From positions 18,600,001-18,664,000 of the forward strand of contig OX597816.1 of assembly GCA_951406725.2 (NCBI GenBank): a stretch of 64,000 nucleotides of DNA, given 5' to 3'. Shown here piece by piece: positions 14,696 through 29,298 of this stretch. A program made the translations under genes and the position numbers. This stretch comes from Octopus vulgaris. Lineage: Eukaryota. Each line of letters begins with the position of its first letter. Positions within the stretch are counted from its first letter, which is position 1. Below the pieces are notes generated by a model, which did not search any database, had not been told where the DNA came from, and saw only the letters and a list, made by a program, of their open reading frames with translations.

Positions 14696-14830
14696 ATTTT
14701 ATTTTAAATGCAAAACAACACCACGGAGGAATCGACGTAAGCTTCAATAATAAACCGCGATACGTGAATCGCGACATGGTGAGAGATTATTTTTACATCT
14801 GTAATTCCATAGTATCCTTAGAGTTTATAT

Positions 14831-15230
14831 ACTCTTTTACTTGTTTCAGTCATTTGACTGTGGCCATGCTGGAGCACCGCCTTTAGTCGAGAAAATCGAC
14901 CCCGGTACTTATTCTTTGTAAGCCCAGTACTTATTCTATCGGTCTCTATAAGCCGAACCGCTAAGTGACGGGAACCTAAACACAACAGCATCGGTTGTCA
15001 AGCAATGCTAGGGGGACAAACACAGACACACAAACATATACACACACAAACTTATATATATATACATATATACGACAGGCTTCTTTCAGTTTCGGTCTAC
15101 CAAATCCACTCACAAGGCATTGGTCGGCCCGGGGCTATAGCAGAAAACACTTGCCCAAGATGCCACGCAGTGGGACTGAACTCGGAACCATGTGGTTGGT
15201 TAGCAAGCTACTTACCACACAGCCACTCCT
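14831..15230 (-). mobile_element. SINE family A, full length
   Basis: Reverse complement matches 16941-17330. Confidence 0.9.
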
Positions 15231-16144
15231 ATATGTATACAATAATACTAGAAACAGGACTGAATGGTGTTCTTTACTTAAAACTTATTAGAATTGTTTT
15301 GACGTATTTTTTACGCTCGTCGTACATGGGCGAGATGATATCATTAACATATTGTGCAATCATTATCATCCCTCAAAAGCCTTTCGTTCTTCCTGAAGCG
15401 ATTGTTTAAAGTAGTCCTTCATTAGACCATGCTGCCATTTCACAGAATGTGAGAATGAATACTCAAAGTCGTGTTACTGAAAATACCACACTGCCTTATG
15501 TGTGTGGATGCGCCAGGCATATACTTAACATAGTTGCACTAAGTGACGTTCATCAACGTTTATCATTAGCGTCCCCCTGCCACTCTCTGTCAATTCCAAT
15601 GTATCCGTATCGCGTTAAAGTCTCTCTTTTCTCCTCCCCTTCAGATATTTCATACTAACACCAACACTCCCACCGTTTTCTCTACTGAAATATATGTGTG
15701 ATTAGATAATGTAGCAACTGGGGAGAATCATAATTGTCATTTATTATGTATATATCGTACGGGCATTCCCTCGTGTAAATGATTTTTAAATAAACAAAGA
15801 ATGTAGAATTACATAGAGTTGCATGCATGTGCCTATACATCTGCAAGAATATGTGTGCGTATATGATGCATGCACGCATACTCGCAGGGACACACACACA
15901 TACGCCTACATATACAGTGGCGTGTTTATATATTTCTGAGTATGGGTTAGAGAGATATTAAATGTAGTTGACAGTTGTTATAACGTACGTTGACTGACTA
16001 AATTTCATAGACATTTAATCATACGTACAAACATCCCATGCACACACACACTTAATCACTCACTCGTACTCTCTGCATCTTTCTTATTTTCTCCCTGTCT
16101 CTCCCACTCTCTCCCTAACTTATTTCTCTCCCTTTCTCTCGCTG

Positions 16145-16195
<51 letters not shown>

Positions 16196-16940
16196 GTTTT
16201 GAATCGAATTCCGCTCGAAGTCAATAAAATATTTACAAGTATTAAATCAGGTTTATAGTTTGGAGCAAATCCAACACTACAGCAATTGGTATTTTGCCAA
16301 AAAATGAATTTTTATCAATTTACGTAACTATGTGTCTCTCTCCAACTCTCTCTCTCTCTCTCTCTCTCCATCTCTCTCCACCTCTGTCTCTGTCTGTCTC
16401 TCTCTCCATCTCTGTCTATGTCTGTCTCTCTCTCTCCATCTCTGTCTCTGTCTCTCTTTCTCTCTCTCTGTCTCTCTCTCTTCCACTCTACATATTCTGG
16501 TATAAACAATTTTATGTGTTTTATATATCTTTTCTTATCTATTTATAATTTATTCATTGTCATTACGTCTAATTTTCATTAATTCTTCATGGAATGAAGA
16601 CGGATTATGCTATTTCCTCACACACCACTGGACATAAACCCTTCAATAAACTCCAGTTATATTATACAGAAAATTCTCGAGGAAGCAAAATACACTTTCT
16701 GTAATAGATATAAGTATGTACGTCGTTATTAACTAAGAAAAATCGAGGCGCTGGCAGAATCGTTACTGCGCGGACGAAACGCAAAGCAGCATTTCACTAC
16801 GTTCTGAGTTCAAAACCCACCGAAGTCGAATTTCCTTCATCACACGTTGTGGAATTGTACTACGTCCATAATCCACAGATCTGTAGTTAGAAATTATATT
16901 CCGGGAAGAAACTTATACCGGTATATATTTGTGCATCACA

Positions 16941-17330
16941 GGAGTGGCTGTGTGGTAAGTAGCTTGCTTCCCAACCACATGGTTTCGGGTTCAGTCCCAC
17001 TGCGTGGCATCTTGGGAAAGTGTCTTCTGCTATAGCCCCGGGCCGACCAATGCCTTGTGAGTGGATTTGGTAGACGGAAACTGAAAGAAGCCTGTCGTAT
17101 ATATATATATATGTATGTGTGTGTGTTTGTGTGTCTGTGTTTGTCCCCCTAGTATTGCTTGACAACCGATGCTGGTGTGTTTACGTCCCCGTCACTTAGC
17201 GGTTCGGCAAAAAGAGACCGATATAATAAGTACTGGGCTTACAAAGAATAAGTCCTTGGATCGATTTGCTCGACTAAAGGCGGTGCTCCAGCATGGCCGT
17301 AGTCAAATGACTGAAACAAGTAAAAGAAAA
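16941..17330 (+). mobile_element. SINE family A, full length
   Basis: A/B boxes, CORE-like body, conserved tail. Confidence 0.9.
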
Positions 17331-17451
17331 AATAATCACAAATACCGCAATAAAATATTAATTGAGTTTGAAGTTGTAACCAACTCATCTTGATATACCA
17401 AAAAACTATGTAGCATTTTTTCGCAGACACAAGAACAACTAATTTATTACG

Positions 17452-17690
17452 CAGTAATCTCTCAACTATCGCGGATGTTACGGTCCTAAATCCCTCGCGA
17501 AAGGTGAAAATCCGCGAAGTAGAAACAGAACTATACTGTATATTTTTAAAACTTATTTCTATAATTTGTATATATTTATTTTATTATAAATGCAAACCAG
17601 CACCACGGAGGAATCGACGTAAGCTTAAATAATAAACCGCGATAAGTGAACCGCAGTAGGTAATCCGTGATATGGCGAGGCATAACTATA
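17452..17690. mobile_element. pogo/Tigger-type MITE
   Basis: Ends CAGTAATCTCTC..TATCGCGG / CCGTGATATGGCGAGG..ACTA; AATCCGCGAAGT motif shared with 45889-46987. Confidence 0.65.
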
Positions 17691-18151
17691 TAAGGTGAGA
17701 TGTTTTAAGCAAGTCTGCCTAAACTATGTGTAATCGCTTTGTTATTCTCCTGCTGTGTTTATCATTTTTGGTCTGTGTCAAATAGTTCATGTTATCCACT
17801 TGCATTTCTTTCTGAGGTGAAATTGTCAAATATCTCTTGAAACAAACTAACTACCAGAATCGTTACAACGCAGTACAACATGTTTTGCGTCGTCTTGACT
17901 GTGTTTACCTTCTGAATTCCAGTTCCGTCGTGGTAGAGTTTGTCTTTCATTCCTTTCAGGGTTTATAAAACAGGTACCAGGTGATTACTGCAGACGATGT
18001 CGCCGACTATCCCGCTCCGCGAATTTGCTGTTCTTGAGTCAAAAGTTGAAAACAATTATCTATGTCTCTAAAATACTAACCTAAAATATCTCCAAATCAT
18101 ATTCATAGTATTCAGGGGTTCAAGATTGTGTTGATTCATGCTTCTGGGAGC

Positions 18152-18381
18152 CGGCAAGCTGGCAGAAACGTTAGGACGCCGGGCGAAATGTTTAGCGGCA
18201 TTTCGTCTGTCTTTACATTCTGAATTCAAATTCCGCCGAGGTCAACTTTGCTTTTCATCCTTTCGGCGTCGACAAAATAAGTACCAGTGACGAACTAGGG
18301 TCGATATAATCGACTTAATCCGTTTGTCTGTCCTTGTTTGTCTCCTCTGCGTTTAGCCCCTTGTGGGCAATAAAGAAATAA
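18152..18381 (+). mobile_element. SINE family B monomer
   Basis: Head, B-box and tail GCCCCTTGTGGGCAATAAAGAAATA. Confidence 0.9.
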
Positions 18382-19619
18382 GATTGTGGTATTAGCCATT
18401 TTGTGTCATTTGAATTCGGTCATTTTAAGCCCAAATATTTCACGTTCGGTGTGGAGACAGTTGGGAAAGACCGTACATATTCCAGCCTAAATTATGAAGT
18501 TGATAAAGGAAGTATTTATGGCGGCGTACATGCAACCGTATTTATTAGTTATTCATTCACCGTTTATCAACGATAACATGGCACGCTTAATTGTGGAACC
18601 TGCTACGCTTATCATGGACTAATCTGCGATATCCTTAATATTTTTCTACGAATATTGAAAAATAAGTACCGAATCTGTGGATTGTTTGGACGCTAATCCT
18701 TCTTCACAATTATAAAAGAGTGATTTAAGTCAAAATAGAAGGATTAGCAGTGTTTCTCTTGCCTCTCATAATATAGTAATATTTCTACTGGCATCACTAA
18801 ACAAAATGAAAAAGGCGTTGCCCCGGAGGGTTAGGAAGATGCTCTAGAACAGACAATCTGACTCAAGGAGCTTGCACTTCCAGACACCAATCTCCGCCCC
18901 GATGGCGTTGAGCAGGGATATGATCCTGGGGCCAAGAACGCCGGAGCTCTCAGGCTCCGGATGTCGATCTGTCAAAGATATTGCTTGTACCGCAACACGA
19001 ACCGAAGTGACCATCACAGTCCTCAAGTACCTAGGACACACTGACTAGCGCTTGTGTTGACTTGAAAATGCTGTGAGGCTGCGTATTTCTTCTACAGGTC
19101 TTCATGAAGAGAGAAAAAGTTGAAGACGCACGATGCAAACATGGGGCGTGGAGGGTTGTATTCTCTACCTGACCAAGAAAAACGAGAGGGTGATCAAGAA
19201 AATTGATCACTGATTTTATCATTCTCTTTTTAAACAAATCCTCGTGAAAAACAAAATTGAATTTAGGGAAAAATAATTTGATAACTTACAAAACAATTAC
19301 TGTTTATTTTAATTCTTTCGAAGAATATGGTGTTACTTAGGAACTTAGATTTGCATTTTATGAAGAAATGTATACAGGTATAAAATGAAATTCACATGAA
19401 AAACAACATTACACATATGTCCTTGATTAAAACATTTAAACATTATTTTAGAAAACGAAACTTAAGGCAGCAAATATAAAATATATAGATTAATTATGCC
19501 TTGAATTAAACAAGAAATATAATTATAATGCTTTATATTCATATTGATCTTTCACGGAAAGTAACTAACGCGTGATGGTTGTTTTGCAACCATAATGAAT
19601 TATACGCACACACATACAC

Positions 19620-19654
19620 AGATATATATATATATATATGTGTGTGTGTATGTG

Positions 19655-19729
<75 letters not shown>

Positions 19730-19758
19730 ATGTATATATATGTGTATAGGTATATATG

Positions 19759-19802
<44 letters not shown>

Positions 19803-20021
19803 AGTGTGTTGCATGTATGTATGCGTATATACACTATATACACACGCGAACACAAAACACACATATATACTTATATATCTTGTATACATATTTGTATGAA
19901 TACATGCATGTATGATATATATAAATATGTATTTATATAAATATTAGCATACGTATACACACACACACAAGAATATATATATATATATATATAGTATATA
20001 TATTTAGTATATATGTATATA

Positions 20022-20059
<38 letters not shown>

Positions 20060-20094
20060 TATGTATATATATGTATACATACATATATATATAT

Positions 20095-20157
<63 letters not shown>

Positions 20158-20225
20158 ATATATATATATTTACATGTATAAACATGTATTTATATTCTTT
20201 CGCGCATATACACACATATACAAAT
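19620..20225. repeat. Large (TA)n/(TG)n compound microsatellite
   Basis: Direct reading. Confidence 0.95.
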
Positions 20226-21297
20226 GCATTTATATAATTATAGACACAAATATAAGCAAGTGTGTACACACATGTGTGCATGTGAATGCTTTTATTTCAT
20301 TTGATTTCATAGTTAATGAAAAACGACTGCCTTTAATGCTAGCTCATCATAGTGGCCCTGTGGTTATTATCGATTACTTTCGTTTATTTACTAATTTATT
20401 TTCCTTTCCCGTGCAGACTATAATTAAAATTCTAAAAGGAAATTGCATTGAAGTGCAGGTTATCAGGTTATGTCAATTTTGTCCAAAAACGAAAGCTTGT
20501 AATTGATACATTGCTCAAACCACAACATTATAGTTATACGTGATGAGATGTCGATAGCTATAAGGAAACGTGTATTTGCTATAAAGTAACACAGTTTCAC
20601 AAATATATTTAACTCTTTTATTTTATTTGTAATTTATAAGAATGTATTTTATATCTATAATTCATTACTGACTGCACTGTCCGTAATACTTCCGCTGTTG
20701 CAGACTTATTAATCTGCCATGCAAGAAGGCATTACTGTAGCAATTTTCTACACGTGGTCAATTAGAGAAGAACAAACGCGAAATGTTAAGACAATCAATG
20801 ATGTCAATGGCGTAAACGTTTCATTTAACTGGTGATCCTATTTTCACTAACATAATTCTTAGTTCGAAATTGCTGAGTATTTAATGGAGCTAAACAAATT
20901 TCAAAACCGAAGCACTAATGACATCATTGTGTCAGAGTACTTACACTAAAGGTCTAATGCGTGGCAAAGTGAAACAAATTTTCGCCTGTATTTTCCTTTC
21001 AACTGTGACTATGAACGCTCGGTTTACGCTTCCTAATCTCATCACCTACAGAAAAATCAGTGATTAAGAATTTGTTTTCACGCTAAACGTTCAGAGCCTC
21101 TGTTGCTGATGAAGTGAACGTTGAATTAATTTATTGATTTCACTTTTATCTTTGGTGCGGATTATAATCTACTTCTAGGATGTTTAGGCAAAAAGTTTTC
21201 ACGACTTTACTTCAAAATGCCGAAGATCTTCAAATATTCCGTAGTATGTGTTCATTTGTGTTTATCAGGCTATCGCTGTTGTTTCAATGTGTAATAT

Positions 21298-21730
21298 ACT
21301 CTTTACTTGTTTCAGTCATTTGACTGTGGCCATGCTGGAGCACCGCTTTCAGTTGAGCAAATCAACCCCAGGACTTGTTCTTTCTGCTCACTTTTCTGCC
21401 AGTAAACCACTGTTCTACTCTTTTAATTTTTTCAGTCATTTGACTGCGGCCATGCTGGAGCACCGCCTTTAGTTGACAAAATCGACACCAGGACTTATTT
21501 CTTGTAAGCCTAGTACTTATTCTAATCGTGTCTTTTGCCGAACCGCGTCGGTTCTCAAGCGACGTTGGGGTCACAATCACAGACACACATAAATATATAC
21601 ATATATACATACATACTTATATATATATATATAAGTCTACCAAATCCATTGACAAGGCTTTAGTCGGCCCGAGGCTATAGTAAGAGACACCTACCCAAGG
21701 TGGCACGCAGTGGGACTGAACCGGGAACAA
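21298..21730 (-). mobile_element. SINE family A, 5'-truncated, with duplicated 3' tail
   Basis: TTCAGTCATTTGACTG.GGCCATGCTGGAGCACCGC occurs twice (~21311 and ~21431). Confidence 0.85.
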
Positions 21731-21800
21731 TTTTTCAACAAATGTTAGATAATAACAATTTTTTAACATATTTTTGATAATAACGATATTTAAGAAAAAC

Positions 21801-21965
21801 ATTGTAAATGGCCGTCTGAGCGCCTGCCAAGCAAATGGGAAGCAGTAATTGAAGTAAATGATGGATATGCTGCAGAATCATCATTTAAAGATGTGTTTGT
21901 TACGTTGTTATTGTTGAATAAAATTTGTTGAGAAAAAGCCGCAAAAATTATGCACCAACCCAATA
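21801..21965 (+). mobile_element. Mariner transposon 3' end with TIR
   Basis: LPSKWEAVIEVN.GY transposase C-terminus, then TTATGCACCAACCCAA-TA (mariner TIR plus TA). Confidence 0.75.
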
Positions 21966-22999
21966 GTTAATCCTGAAAGAATAGTTGCTTGTCAAAATTA
22001 CTTCCAATATCATACTTGGATTGTTCATTGAACTAGAGTCATGCTGGCCTAAAGGCTGCGGCAGTTTAGTTGACCAACTCGCATGAAGTAAGTACTTAAT
22101 TTCGAGTCCGAAGCTTTAATAGGAGACAAGTATTTGGAGCGCGTCTCCGGTGTCCATTTTGTTTGTGTTTTCTTATATGTTAGCGTACGCAGCAGTAGAA
22201 GCTTCAGAGACGTCAGAATAATAATGCTTCATTTTGGGCCTGACTTGAGCTTTGTAGCGTATCAAAATTGTTGGAGTGATGTATCATCTCGTACCGAAGA
22301 AAGATCTAGTAATTGAGATGGCATAATAGTTATGTGAAAGGCGTGTTTTCAGCCGAGAAAATATTCACAATACTCCGTGATTTCCAGGTATGGAACTGAA
22401 CAATTTTAATGATTAAGACGCTACGTTATTATATTTCCATATGTTTCAGTGATATTTTCATGAAAGATTTCTATGATGCATTCACAGAAGCACTAAAACA
22501 CACACAAACATACACACACGTAGAAAACTAAGTACGTGTGTATTTGTGTAGCCTTATGCCCGGTGGTTGGTGTGTTGGCTTTCCGGTTGCAAGACCCTAA
22601 ATTTGGCTGTGCGTTGTTCCCTGAAAGATGGTGCTTCAGTTCACGCTGCTCCCGTATACCCAGTTCACAATGTAGTAACTGTCTCTCTCTTTGTCTCTCT
22701 CTCTCTCTATCTGTCTATCTGCCTATCTATCTCTCCCTTTTGTCTCGGTTTCTCAAACTCTGTCTTTCTCACTACCTCTTCGTCAGACATTCTTACATCT
22801 CCCGGCTTTAACATCGTCAATCACCGATAGCACAAAACAGGGAAGTTTGATAGTGTCTGTATGACTAGACAATTAGCGAGGCACGCAAAACCAATAATTA
22901 AATCACTGTGCGTTTTACAAACTCATGCAAATTTGCGAGTACTATTAATTGCTTGACCCTTCGTACGTACGTATACATTGATAATCACACCACCAGACA

Positions 23000-23138
<139 letters not shown>

Positions 23139-23220
23139 GGTCCCGGGTTGAGTCGGGGTTAACCACAGTAAATAAGGTACTCAATACATAGCAGAGTAAA
23201 TTAATTTATTTTATAGAAGG

Positions 23221-23271
23221 AGCTTCTACAGGACTAGAACTGTTTCATTCAAAAGAAATCATCAGGAAGCT
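23221..23271 (-). ncRNA. Type I hammerhead ribozyme
   Basis: AGCTTC-CTGATGA-t-TTC-tttt-GAA-t-GAAA-CAG-ttctagtc-CTG-TA-GAAGCT; 6-bp stem I, GUA site. Confidence 0.8.
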
Positions 23272-23355
23272 TGGTATCAAGAATAGTTTTGGCATTTGTA
23301 CATTTAGGCAGATGTCTGCCTAAATGTATAAATGCCAAAACTATTCTTGACACCA

Positions 23356-23406
23356 AGCTTCCTGATGATTTCATTTGAATGAAACAGTTCTAGTCCTGTA
23401 GAACTC
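23356..23406 (+). ncRNA. Type I hammerhead ribozyme (second arm, 1-nt deletion in stem I)
   Basis: CTGATGA 23362-23368, GAAA 23381-23384, GTA 23398-23400. Confidence 0.7.
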
Positions 23407-23685
23407 CTTCTATAAAATATATATATATATATCTGTCGGTCTTTCTGTCTGTCTATATAATTTTATATATATGTATATATATTATATATATATATAGATA
23501 TATTAAAAGATATTAACAATAATAATAACAATAGTAGCAGTAATAATAATTTAATAATAATAATAGTAATAATAATAATAATAATAAGTAACAAACGAAT
23601 GAGGACTTGATATTAGATAAATTTCATATATATATATGTGTGTGTGTAGTATGTATGAATTTATGTATGTATGTGTGTATGTAAG

Positions 23686-23716
<31 letters not shown>

Positions 23717-23717
23717 C

Positions 23718-23749
<32 letters not shown>

Positions 23750-24577
23750 CGCGCGCACACACACACATATACATACACCCCACAAGCACAAATGAACTAC
23801 TAAAAAATTTCATGATAAGCACTTCATCGAAACACGTTTAGTATATTTTACATTAGCTGGAAATTTATCAATCCATCAGAGCATTTAATTTCACGTTGTC
23901 GATATTCACGTGATTAGTACAATTTTCAACGCATAATTTTCTTGTTTTCTGTTTTAGCTACAAATGTGGATAAGTAAAGCAAGTTTGTATATTTAATAGC
24001 GGTAACTGTGACACTTAATGAGTTGAGAGGTTCCATGATAGCCGTCGTGCGCTGAAACAAAAGTATAGGAGTTTCTACAAAGTATAATGACATGACTATA
24101 ACTGGCAATAGATATTTTTTTCTTCATGCAATTGTTATATATAAATTAATAGCTAACGACTAAATAGAATGCTCCTGAATTAGAATGTCTAACAAATCTA
24201 TACAAATTTCTACTACGGCTTTATTGTATTGACACAAATTCGTAAAACCAATTACACGTTAGTATCTATCTATCATATATATATATCATAGAACCTCCCC
24301 AAACTAGACTCAATATCTAAGCGTTATGTATGTGTTAATATGTATATGAATATATGTTTGTGTGTGTGTGTGCGGGGGGGGGGGGTGTATGCGTACATGT
24401 GCAATGTGTTTGTGTGCGTATTCAACGTATATTTGTGAGTTTCATGCGTGTATGACTTTTGCTTGTCTATTCTCCATTATATATATATATATATATATGA
24501 AGGTATGCGTATATAACGTGTAACAGAGAAATTCGAGCCCATGATTATTATATCATTCAAATAACGTTTATGCACAG

Positions 24578-24634
<57 letters not shown>

Positions 24635-25530
24635 CTAGCATTCCTTCTATATATAGAGATAGATATATTATATATAAGGTGTGCTAGCTTTTGAATGTGG
24701 CAAGAGTATTAGTAAAAAATGATGCAATACCTAGAAATAGTTATGATCGCAGTCATTTAAGAATGTATATATAAATCAATAGCAACTGGGCTTGAGTTTA
24801 ATCGGATTTAGGTTATATGGCAACGTCATCACGGCTATTATACGTGATGTGTGTGAGGTAATTACTAATGAGGTCGTCTTACGTTCCGCACGGACACACA
24901 CGTTAATGTACTGTATATGTATACGCGTATTTATGTATTTAATGAATGTAAGTATGGTTATATATAAGTATGTGATGTATGTATGTGTGTATCATGTATG
25001 TCATTATTCAGTTTTATTTTAAGATTTGTTGCCAATAGCAAAAGGGCTTGTCTCTAACCTAGATTCAAGTCTCCTTCATTGGAATTTCAACATCAACAAC
25101 ATGGTAAATTTTATATATATATGTACACATGAAGATTTCTCTGTTTTGTTTTATATATGTCTTCTCATATATATATATACTTGCATATCTAGACATGCTC
25201 ATATATATACCTAAAAATCTGAAAATCTTTTACAATTTTCGCTGTTCCAGTGATGTATTGGATCTGCAGTCTTCGGATAAGCCTTTTCGTTTCTGAGTTT
25301 GAGAAGACCAAATGCTCAACTGTTGCTGGGAAAAGCAATCTAATATCCTAAAATCGATACGTCAAGAATGGAGACGAACACCATTCCTCCGGGTGATTAT
25401 TTTGAAAAAGTGTTACGATATTAAGATATATTTTTGAGCATCAGTCCAAACCGATGTTAGCATCAATACAAAAATAAAATAATATTTTCCTCCGATAATG
25501 TGTTGAGCACTAAATGTTTGCAATGGCCGG

Positions 25531-25588
25531 ATAACTGAAGAGATGGCAGCGTGGATTTCCGCCCCGATATCCGAAACTCGGAGTTTTA
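25531..25588 (+). ncRNA. Hammerhead ribozyme candidate in a repeat (~25210-25700) bounded by TA tracts
   Basis: TAA-CTGAAGA-GAT..ATC-c-GAAA-CTCGGAG-TT-TTA; short stems, GUU site. Confidence 0.55.
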
Positions 25589-25696
25589 GCATGGCTACCG
25601 AATAATTGTCACATATTATATTTACAGATAAATTTCTCTATTTACATAATATCGAGGTCTCTTTCATTCTTTTGTTGTCTTACCATTTCAATCAAT

Positions 25697-25757
<61 letters not shown>

Positions 25758-26599
25758 CGTGTGTGCGTGTGTGTCTGTGTGTGTGTGTGTATATATTGTA
25801 TTCTGGGATGCTCGAAGTCTTTTACCAACTAAACACACGCACTATACATTGGTTCATCAATGGTTTACTACTGTTCTTATTCTTTTATTTTAACTCGTGA
25901 CCATTGTCCCGACATTTTTCGTCACACATCAGCTACATTTTCCGCGACACTTTTCGTTCTCGTGTGTGCTCTTGCCCCACTTACTCCATTCTGCTCTTCT
26001 ATGATATGTATACTTATGTGCGCATGCGTTTGCATCAGTGTATGTATGTGTGCATGTGTTTGTATGTGTGTGTGTATACGTGTGTGCTTAGCAGCTGTAT
26101 GGCCTTTCCCTAGCACCATCCTCTCACACTCATTGTGCTACTGCTGTCCTAGGACCCAAAAATTTGGCACATTCCTGTATCTCTCTGTGTTTGTGTGTTC
26201 GTCAACGGTATTACCATCGTAGTCACGGTCGCTACTGCTGCCGTTATTAGGCTGTTGATATTGTTGTGTTCGTCCATAAAATTCTTGAGTGTGTGCTTGT
26301 ATGCGTGTATACGTTCGTTTGTATGTTGTTTGTACTCATGCCCTTATATAGATTTATTCACTTATTTATTTATTTATTTCATCTATATTTCTATCTTTAT
26401 TTCTTATATTTATGACAAGTATGTGATAAATATATTTATTTATCTCTTTATTTAATTAATTTATTTATAAATTCTTTTTTTATACATTTATCTATCTCTG
26501 TTTCTTATATGTATAACAGTCATGTGCATGTATGTCTATTGTGTGTGTATACCATGTATCTGCGTATAAATTGCATTGTTTCTCCCATCTTCTTCATTC

Positions 26600-27008
26600 T
26601 GTTTTCAATAATGTGGTGTTGTGGTTGGTGTTACTATTCCATTCGTGTTTTTCTTTGAGACCCAGTCTATCTACTGGTATGCATGTCGTGTCAGTTCTAT
26701 GCGTCGATAATATTTTCACGCCTATGCTATTAAACAAGCCTTCACGTACTGCCAGGGCGTGTTGGTAGAGCACAGCGGAGCTTTTCTCTTTGATCTCTCG
26801 CCAATTTTCCCCTATACGTTCTCCTATGCTGCATGCAGTCTCTCCAATGAAGGTAGCTTTCATGTTTCTGCACCGTCCCTCAGTACATCGTAAGCTATAG
26901 ACTTCATTTCTAACCTTACAGTTAACCTGTGGAGTTATCCTACACTCAACACAATTGCTCCCCTTACAGGGGTCTTATCAAAGGCATAGGTACTGCAGAC
27001 CAGAGGTC
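26600..27008 (-). mobile_element. Penelope-like element fragment: Cys-rich linker and GIY-YIG endonuclease (Neptune-like); 3' UTR probably runs to ~25800
   Basis: Minus frame DPCKGSNCVECRITPQVNCKVRNEVYSLRCTEGRCRNMKATFIGETACSIGERIGEN..SAVLYQHA; 5' truncation next to (TA)n. Confidence 0.8.
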
Positions 27009-27035
27009 TATGTTCTGAATTAATATGTATTTAGA

Positions 27036-27122
<87 letters not shown>

Positions 27123-27896
27123 CATACTTGTTGAAGGTGACACGGAGAGGGACTAAACCCGGTACCATGTGGATACGAAGCAAACTTACCCGTAGTCAGC
27201 CAGTGAATATATGATCGATACAAGATAAGTAATAAAAAACTTTAAATATATTTCATAAGATATATTTCAATATTTCTGACGGTGTGTGTATTTTATTAGT
27301 CTAGTTTTCATTAGTATATACTTTTCACATTTATCTTAATATTCGTATATCTGTTCAGTAAAGACAAAGCTTAAGTTATTAAAGATTTCTGAAACTTTAA
27401 TAAACTAAAGTTGTATGTTTTATTAGTGAACGCTGTTTGTTGTACAATATAATAAACCTACAGGAGCATTGTACTAAAAAATGTTGACATTTTCTTGTTC
27501 CAAACTTTACCAACATATAATGCTGCTCAAATGAATATATGTTAAATAAATATTACCCAAATGACTGAAACTTTCCCGTATTCGCTTGTGAAATAAAACT
27601 TGTCTTCAATGAAGCACGATAACGTATATCATTATTGTTTTGTGCAAGGCGGTTATTAAATGATATCCAAATTTCTTTGTCATATTTGTAGAACGGGAAC
27701 ATTGAAAACCAGACCAAAAATGTCAAGGTAATGTCGGTTTTGTGTATTCTCTAGGGTAAAATGCACAATCTTGATAATTTTATATGATATGCAATGCTTT
27801 GAATGTAATTGTATTATGATTATTAACTTTATATACAAATGAGGAAATAGAATATATCTACATTTATATCAAGACACGCTCCCAAAACACAGCCGT

Positions 27897-27899
27897 CTG

Positions 27900-27990
<91 letters not shown>

Positions 27991-28005
27991 GTATATATAT
28001 ATATG
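27897..28005. repeat. (TATC)n microsatellite
   Basis: Direct reading. Confidence 0.95.
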
Positions 28006-28170
28006 TATAAATGTAGTCAATCACACACACGCATATGATGAGGCACCAACGTACACCCAGATAGATAGAAATATTGATAGAGGAGGAGAAAGAGAGAGGG
28101 TGAGAGAAAAAGAGAGACAGAAAGACAATGAGACACAAAGCTACCCAGACACACACAAATGCGTTGACAG

Positions 28171-28223
<53 letters not shown>

Positions 28224-28539
28224 TGAGTAAGAGAGATAAGGAAACCCACAACCATCAAGGCAGACACATAAATTGATTGTGTTTTAAATAGTAAATTTGT
28301 ATATACGTAAAAGTATAATGCTCTCGTATTTCCTATTCAGTTACATTGTTGATGAATTACGGCGAATAAAACACGTAATATATTCATATGACGTGTTTTA
28401 TCAGAAAAGATTTCAACGCACAACGTAAAGAGATGAAAGTATTAACTAAATAATTTTTTTTCCGATTTAAAGACGACTGTAAGAGAAAACATGACTAATA
28501 ATAATAATAGTAACAACAACGATAATAATAATACTAACA

Positions 28540-28706
28540 AAGTCATGCGCTGTTTAATCTTGATATGAGATCACCATATCGCGCGCTTATGGTTGTGATG
28601 CATGTGCCTAGTGTACCCTTATCAGACGGGTAGTCATGATGGGTATCCTGGGCTTCGTATATTTTACCCCAGTGTCACTTTGATGGCATGCACTGCTCTC
28701 TCACTC
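28540..28706 (+). mobile_element. Family E 3' fragment in (AAT)n
   Basis: Matches 4511-4678. Confidence 0.85.
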
Positions 28707-28802
28707 AATAACAATAATAATAATAATAATAATAATAATAATTAATATTATTATTATTACTATATTGATGGAGGTAATAACAAAAACAGCAGCAGTATTT
28801 GT

Positions 28803-28837
<35 letters not shown>

Positions 28838-28839
<2 letters not shown>

Positions 28840-29210
28840 GTTCAGGTGTGACCGTGTGGTAAGTAGCTTGCATCCCCGCCACATGGTTCCGGGTTCAGTA
28901 CCACAGCGTGGTACCTTAGGCGAGTTTTTTCTTCTATAGCTTCTTGTGAGTGGATTTGGTGGACGGCAACTGAAAGACATCCGTCGTATATGTATATGTA
29001 TATATATATTTATATGTGTGTATATATATATATGTTTGTGTGTCTGTGATTGTCCCCCACCATTGCTTGAAAATTGATGCTGGTGTGTTTACGTGCCAGT
29101 AAAATAGCGGCTCGGCAAATGAGACCAATTAAATAATTACTAGCTTTGGGGTCGATTTGTTCTATTAGAGGCGTTGCTCCAGCATGGCTGCAGTCAAATA
29201 GCTGAAAGAA
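28838..29210 (+). mobile_element. SINE family A, diverged
   Basis: Head, body and tail recognisable. Confidence 0.85.
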
Positions 29211-29233
29211 ATATACGAACATACTTTCACACG

Positions 29234-29290
<57 letters not shown>

Positions 29291-29298
<8 letters not shown>

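Noticed and set aside
18830-19170. GC-richer block, possibly an L1/Tx1 3' fragment
   Set aside because: No motif could be read with confidence.
21100-21150. CTGATGA followed by an AGTGAA/TTCACT stem
   Set aside because: No GAAA or cleavage triplet after the stem, so not a hammerhead.
24633-24689. Small imperfect hairpin AGCTAGCA..TGCTAGCT beside (TA)n
   Set aside because: Short, with much of the pairing from self-complementary TA runs.
25890-25960. Minus-strand CTGATGT-GTGAC-GAAA hammerhead-like string
   Set aside because: Core mismatch and no convincing stems.
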